Source of the DNA: Nemertoderma westbladi
Lineage: Eukaryota; Animalia; Xenacoelomorpha
Assembly (NCBI GenBank): GCA_032718475.1
Contig: JAUCBJ010005723.1
Location: forward strand, 1 to 57,842
Direction of reading: 5' to 3'
Length of the DNA: 57,842 nt
The notes under the pieces were generated by a model that ran no database searches, had not been told where the DNA came from, and was given only the letters and a program-made list of their open reading frames with translations. Both the position numbers and the translations under genes were made by a program. Shown here in pieces: positions 52,083-57,842 of the stretch; the first letter of the stretch is position 1; every line of letters starts with the position of its first letter.

Positions 52083-52321
52083 GTGAGTGATTCATGAGAA
52101 GCTAACTAATTGGTTGTATAATTTTTAATTTTTTTTTAATTTTCCTTAAATGTTACTCTTGGCTAAACCACTAGGAAGCATTGCTAACCGCCATTGTCTG
52201 TGATGTAACACGTTCGAAGTCTAAACTTTTACTTGCATGGCAGTCAAATTCGTGGACCTGGTCGCACCCCCTAGCAGCTGACAGAGAAACTATAGAAGTC
52301 TATACGTCGTGTAGAATTTAT

Positions 52322-52863
52322 CTGGCTTTCCAGGATTTGGAAGTCACCGAGAATTAATCGGAAACTTAAGGTCCGATTATTTAGAGCAGCAGTAGTTCCA
52401 GTACTCCTCTACGGGAGTCCATGCTGGGCTCTAACTGCTGAGGACACCAAATCTCTGGATGGCACATTCACAAGAATGCTACGCCGGGTTCATTGTGTCA
52501 AGTACATTGCACACATCTCCAACCAGACACTATATAACATTGGAGGTGTCTCATTGGTTCCCCCAAGCTTGACACTAGAACAAAATCGCCTCCGCTTTGC
52601 AGGACATTGCTTTCGCCGTGAGGACCAGCCAGTGCATAATCTTGTACTTTGGCAGCCTCATGGAGTGAATAAGCATGGTGGACAGCCCATGACTTTCTTG
52701 AGACGCATCTTAAAGGACACTGGCCTTAAAGATGCGGATGATCTAGCAAATGTCATGGGTGATAGGGAGTTGTGGCGGTGCAATTTTGTTGACAAGCCGG
52801 TACAGCATTCTTAAAAATGCAGCTGCAATGCAGCATGCCGAGCCGATCCTAGTAGTAGTAGTA
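52322..52863 (+). mobile_element. 5'-truncated RTE-clade LINE (ORF C-terminus plus 3'UTR)
   Basis: VLLYGSPCW and RLRFAGHCFR motifs; (TAG)n tail; 11-bp TSD GTAGAATTTAT at 52311-52321 and 52864-52874. Confidence 0.9.
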
Positions 52864-53274
52864 GTAGAATTTATAATATTTTTATAGACTACACCATGTC
52901 CTAGAAAGTCGTTATCCAGGTACCTGAATAACGACACTATATTCCAGGACATGGTGTACATGTGTATCAAGTTTGGTTCCATTTCATCCATGATTGACTG
53001 ACTTATTCGCATACAAACATTTCCAACGACGGCAACTGACAGTCCACGAATTATACCATTACATTAAGGCTCAGCTATACTACAGGGCTCACCCCACACC
53101 TCTAGTTTGTGGTCAGCCATTTTAATAAACCAAATTCATCTACATTCTTACGAATAGTGTTTTTATCGGATACTATAGCATATCATCATTGGCTGACCAC
53201 CCTGTTTGATGCTTCTTCTCAAAATTTTGTATAAGCTATACTTTAATTCTCATCGCACATTTAATAATCTTCAG

Positions 53275-53402
53275 GTTTCGTGTCTTACGATAACTCTACC
53301 AGTGCGCAACAAGCGATCAAACATATGAACGGATTTCAGATTGGCACCAAACGCCTCAAAGTTCAATTGAAAAGGCCTAAAAACGGTGACAAGCCTTACT
53401 AG
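53275..53402 (+). CDS. CELF4: CELF last coding exon K ([41 protein letters not shown])
   Basis: cttcag|GT...TAC TAG; canonical CELF C-terminus [11 protein letters not shown]...PY. Confidence 0.97.
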
Positions 53403-55218
53403 CCTCTATGGAGGTTGGCGACTGGCTGATATCTGGGGGCGTTCGTTGGTCTGTCGCCTTCACTTGATTACTGCTGCTGAGTATGTAGGTATGCCTTAAT
53501 TGTCTATATACATCGTCTCTTAATTCAGATAACCCCAAACCCCCTTAATGTTATAATAAATCTTACGAGATTGCATGAAATTTGAAACAGAGCCTCCCTC
53601 CTCCTTAGGGGTGAGTCAGAATTTGTATTTCGCATCTTTTTTTCCAATCTTTACAGATACAAGCGTTTGAAAAGTGTGTAATTTGCTCCTGTCACCACAT
53701 CTATTATATATTTTTAAGGATTATTATAGAATTTAAACTCAGCATTTACTTTATCACTTAGTCACTGGAATTCGAATTTATTACACTCTTCAACTGATAA
53801 TGCTACTTTACTCAATTTTAAATAATAACATCTTCTGAATGGAGTAATTCGCGCTAAATGTAACAATTTATGAATGATCTACTTTAATTTCCCCAAAAAC
53901 ATTATTTTTATATATAAACTGAAATCGTATTATGTTTGGCAATTAGTACAGCCCAGCGCAGCTAGGCGCATTCAGTAATTTGCATGTTAATATCTCAAGT
54001 ATTTCTGAATGTAATTAATATGTTTTTAAGGATTTAGAATCCGTGTAAGTTGGCCTTGTTAATGGCCCCATCGTAAATATTAACAAGCTGTGGTACTTTT
54101 AGTGCGATATCGATTGGACAGCTTTTTCAAGCGATTATTTGTTACGTCCCCAACAACGCGAAAATATAAATTCTGATTCAATCACTAAGGAGGACGGAGG
54201 TGAAACTATTTCTAGTTTCAATTAATTTCAAGCTTGGTAGAAAAATCAGGATCACTTATTTATGGAGTTAAATGGTCGCAAACTGTTTAGTGGGTTTACG
54301 AAATTAAAAAGGAGCAGGGTACAGTGGTTGTGTTTTCTAACCTAAACAATAAACGAAACTAGATTTTGGATTTATTTATTTGCAACCAATTTGCAATTTG
54401 CGCTGCATATCATTTTTGGCATCTTAAATAAATTCATTAATAATTTTTCACGTTGAATTTATTTCAGTACTGCAGTATGACATAACGCAATAGATAAAAT
54501 GAACATTTAAATACGCGAAATATAATTTTTGTAAAATGTTTTATTTTCTTCTTATTGCCTAACTATTATCTTTAACTTTCCTGTCACTGATTTTTATTTT
54601 TTTTTCAGGATATTCAAGTGCACACGCTATTTATATATGATACAATTTAACTATTTATTTATTTATTTATATTACGTCATCATTATAAACTGATACGATA
54701 TTAATGAGTTTACCAGACTCCCCAAGATTAACTCGAATTAAAGCTAAATGGTAGCTGCAGCCTGTATCGATAGGTGATTGGTGATGGACTGACTTCAGTG
54801 GATGGGTAACCTAGCAACCCAAGGTTATCAATAGCTATTGCTACCTACCATATATACAAGCTAAACTAATAATCTGGTTATCATTTGGTGGAATAATTAT
54901 TTATTTATACTGTAGATTTAATTTACAAATTTTATAGTCTATACAACAGCTTATTATTTATCCAACCCATTTTTCTGTGATTTTATTAATTTCCCTTTTT
55001 TTAAGTTGAATTTATCTCATTAAGGTTAACTATATACTTTTAGTAACTCAAGTTCGACAGTGCAAACATCATTTATTACATATTGCACTTGAATTTAAAA
55101 TAACTGTTTAATATTGTCAAATAACCGAAACGAGTTTTGTTAGGGGTAACTTAAACAGTAAATGGGATTTCTTTTTGTGCAATTTGAGTTTACTGCAGTT
55201 CACTTGTGTTTTAGGTTT

Positions 55219-55382
55219 AGCCGCACACGATGCAACTTTTGCTGCCGTAACTTAGCAACAAGTTGCAACTCCCCTCTCACGGGCAACTTTGTTGCAGCAA
55301 TTTACTTTTTTTAATAATACATTTTTTTAAATATGTGGCTAAACCAAAGTTGCGGTACAAAAGTTGCTTGTGTGATGCGGTT
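55219..55382. mobile_element. Small TIR MITE (PIF/Harbinger-like ends, tentative)
   Basis: CCGCACACGATGCAACTTTTG ... CAAAAGTTGCTTGTGTGATGCGG. Confidence 0.55.
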
Positions 55383-57842
55383 GTTAGGGTTACGGCGGTT
55401 CTAGAGATAATAAAGTTTGACTTCCATCTATTGATTCTGTTTTAGCAACAGTGATAGCTATTTAAAACGGATTCACAAATGATTTCAGAATTAAGATTTT
55501 CCCCAAAATGCATCATTTCAATGTGTCAGATACTCAATGATGGATTGGTCGAACAGACTTATTGATATTTACAAAACTCATTTATCAAATAAATATTATT
55601 GGTGAATTATTAATGGTTAAATGCGATTTTATATAATTTTCCCCTGTTTTATATAGCGCTTACCATGACAATTTAACAAGTTATATTATTATTATATTTA
55701 TTATTTATTATTAGGTAGAAATTAGATTTAGGGAGTAGTTATACAGTTAGTTTTATTATGATAACATATTTATCAATTTGAGCACCGGTACATTTATTAT
55801 TAGTTAAGGCCTAAACTAAGATTTACTGCGGGTTACTGCTTTCTAATAATTCAGCATGGTTTTGAACTTTTGCTTGGATTAAACTGAATTTATTGCCTTT
55901 TTGTGGTTTTTCTCATGGTGGGTAGATACTGTAAGTATTTGGATGGGATCCATCTGCTAACTACAGCGTCCTTTTGTTATCTACTATTATTAAATTCAAT
56001 CTATGTGTCACGCATTGAACATCTACGTGCTTAATACATACCTCCGCTTCTATTAACAGATACAATTTTATACATCTTAAAGTTTTTTTTTTTTTTTAAT
56101 TTTAAATACACTTGTTTGAAGTCCTACAAATTTTCTCGAGCCAGAGTAATCTGGTGTTACAAACCACCGTACGAAGTATGATTATTCGCCAGATATATAT
56201 AATAATTATATGGGATATCGTTAATTTTAGCCTTAATTGTTATTTCTATTTTTTAAATTGTGTATATGATTTTTAGCACTTGGACTCCTACTAGGTGTAA
56301 GACGCCTATACCCCAGCAATGATAATGAGTTCCTTTAATAATTTTATTATTTAAATTATTATAATATTTATATTACATAATATATATATATATACATACA
56401 TATCAATATATATGATAACATTTTAGTTTCGGTTTTTGCTTTGCGAGATTTTGATGCAATACCTGTGTATATAATTGTTGTTCTTATCTGTTAAAACTAT
56501 TATTAATTTTATGTTAAAGTGCCATCGGTGTAATACGTAAGGTGTGTGGGGTTGTTCTTACAAAAGTCATATGGAATATCGTTGGCAATTTGATAAAGCT
56601 GGATATGGAACAATATCTAGGCCTAAAAGTCTCAGTCAGTTACCGGTATAATAATCAAATGGTAATAACTTATTTACATCATTGTGTTAAAAGTAGCACT
56701 TTTCTGAGTTATGACCCGAGGTAAAGATGTACGTAATTTTGTTACATTATGTCGTCTTATCGTGGTTCCGAAAGCTTAAATATGGGAACACTCAATTAAG
56801 TGGAGTTTCTTCAGCAAACTGGAATGTGAACAATTAATTTTACCCTATCATAATGACTAGTAAGTACCCACGCTACAACAATATCGAATACGCAATACGT
56901 GTTCTAGAACTCTATTGTTTCTAAGTGATTGGTTAATATGCAGCATTCTGACCCACAGCCCATAACACAGCAAAGTGGTACTTTACAGCAGAGTGATAAT
57001 AGTTGATGTATTATTACCGTGAACAGTGTTAATTTCTTGTAAAAAATTTATCCTGTTTTAAAATTATTACACGGACAATAAAGTGAAAGAAAACATTACC
57101 GATATACAAGTGCAATAACCTAACATTCCTTTTGTGTTTGAAGTAGAACTAGCATAAATACGTAATTGAGTTTAATTTTAGAGTATGTAAAATAATTGGA
57201 GTTCGGTTTCACAATTGGGCTGAAAATATGCCGCAGGGGTGGGGGGGGGGGGGGGGGGGGGGGGGGGCTTGACGCATATCCCACTTCGGCGAATTAATAT
57301 CTCGTTTCAATGTTAAATTATCAATTAAGGGAAAGGAGCAGGTTACTGTAGTGACATGTTATTCTAACCAAAACAATAAACTAAAGTTAATAGAACAGGT
57401 TATATGCTCCTGGCAAGGAGACACTAAATAATTTTTGTTTCAGTATTTCTAAATTGCCTTTTGGACTTTATAATGATGATATACTAAACATTCATAATTT
57501 AACACAAATTTAGCTTTTTTATAACTTCATTAATATTATTGTAAAATTTTTAAAATGTAAATTTATAATAAAAGTGACATGCCGGCTAATAGACACTACG
57601 TATTTAATGTAGGTATTAAATCAACTATTGGTTTTTAATTAACATTAATTTTAGTAATATATTTAATATTACATTATGGTGGTGGGTTTTCTTTAAACTA
57701 AGGGTTATTTCTAAAGTGCAAAGGTGCAGTGTTTCTGTCTTCGTGAGGTTAATAATAATTAGTACAGTGTAGTTTCTTAAGTTTTAATTACATTTAAAAC
57801 ATGTTAACCCAGTTAACGTGGTATTATGACATTGACAGTTTT

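Noticed and set aside
57242-57267. Frequent long poly-G and poly-C tracts across the window as regulatory G-quadruplexes
   Set aside because: Several lie inside MITE copies, homopolymer lengths are error-prone, and there is no positional pattern.

Overview
AT-rich animal (invertebrate-type) genomic DNA, not prokaryotic. The main feature is the 3' part of a + strand CELF3-6/Bruno-like RNA-binding protein gene. I can splice 11 coding exons in phase between 19448 and 53402 (end of RRM1, RRM2, divergent linker, RRM3, stop), 435 aa in total; most of RRM1 appears to lie upstream of the window. One 10-kb CELF intron (39712-49839) holds a complete antisense nested gene of 9 coding exons (47932->40860, about 686 aa). 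It encodes a bacterial-type (ExoU/VipD-like) patatin phospholipase with intact GGG, GxSxG and DGG motifs and an EF-hand inserted in its C-terminal part. The introns are rich in mobile DNA: 5'-truncated RTE LINEs with TSDs, tRNA-derived SINEs, and hAT, piggyBac, MULE-like and TA-target MITEs. They also contain a three-level nested insertion whose innermost Penelope-like piece carries a minimal hammerhead-ribozyme motif. Two tandem arrays sit just upstream of CELF exons: a 3.5-kb 42-bp satellite carrying UG-rich CELF-type binding motifs, and an 18-bp array made of 3' splice-site mimics. All coordinates were read by eye and no database search was run.
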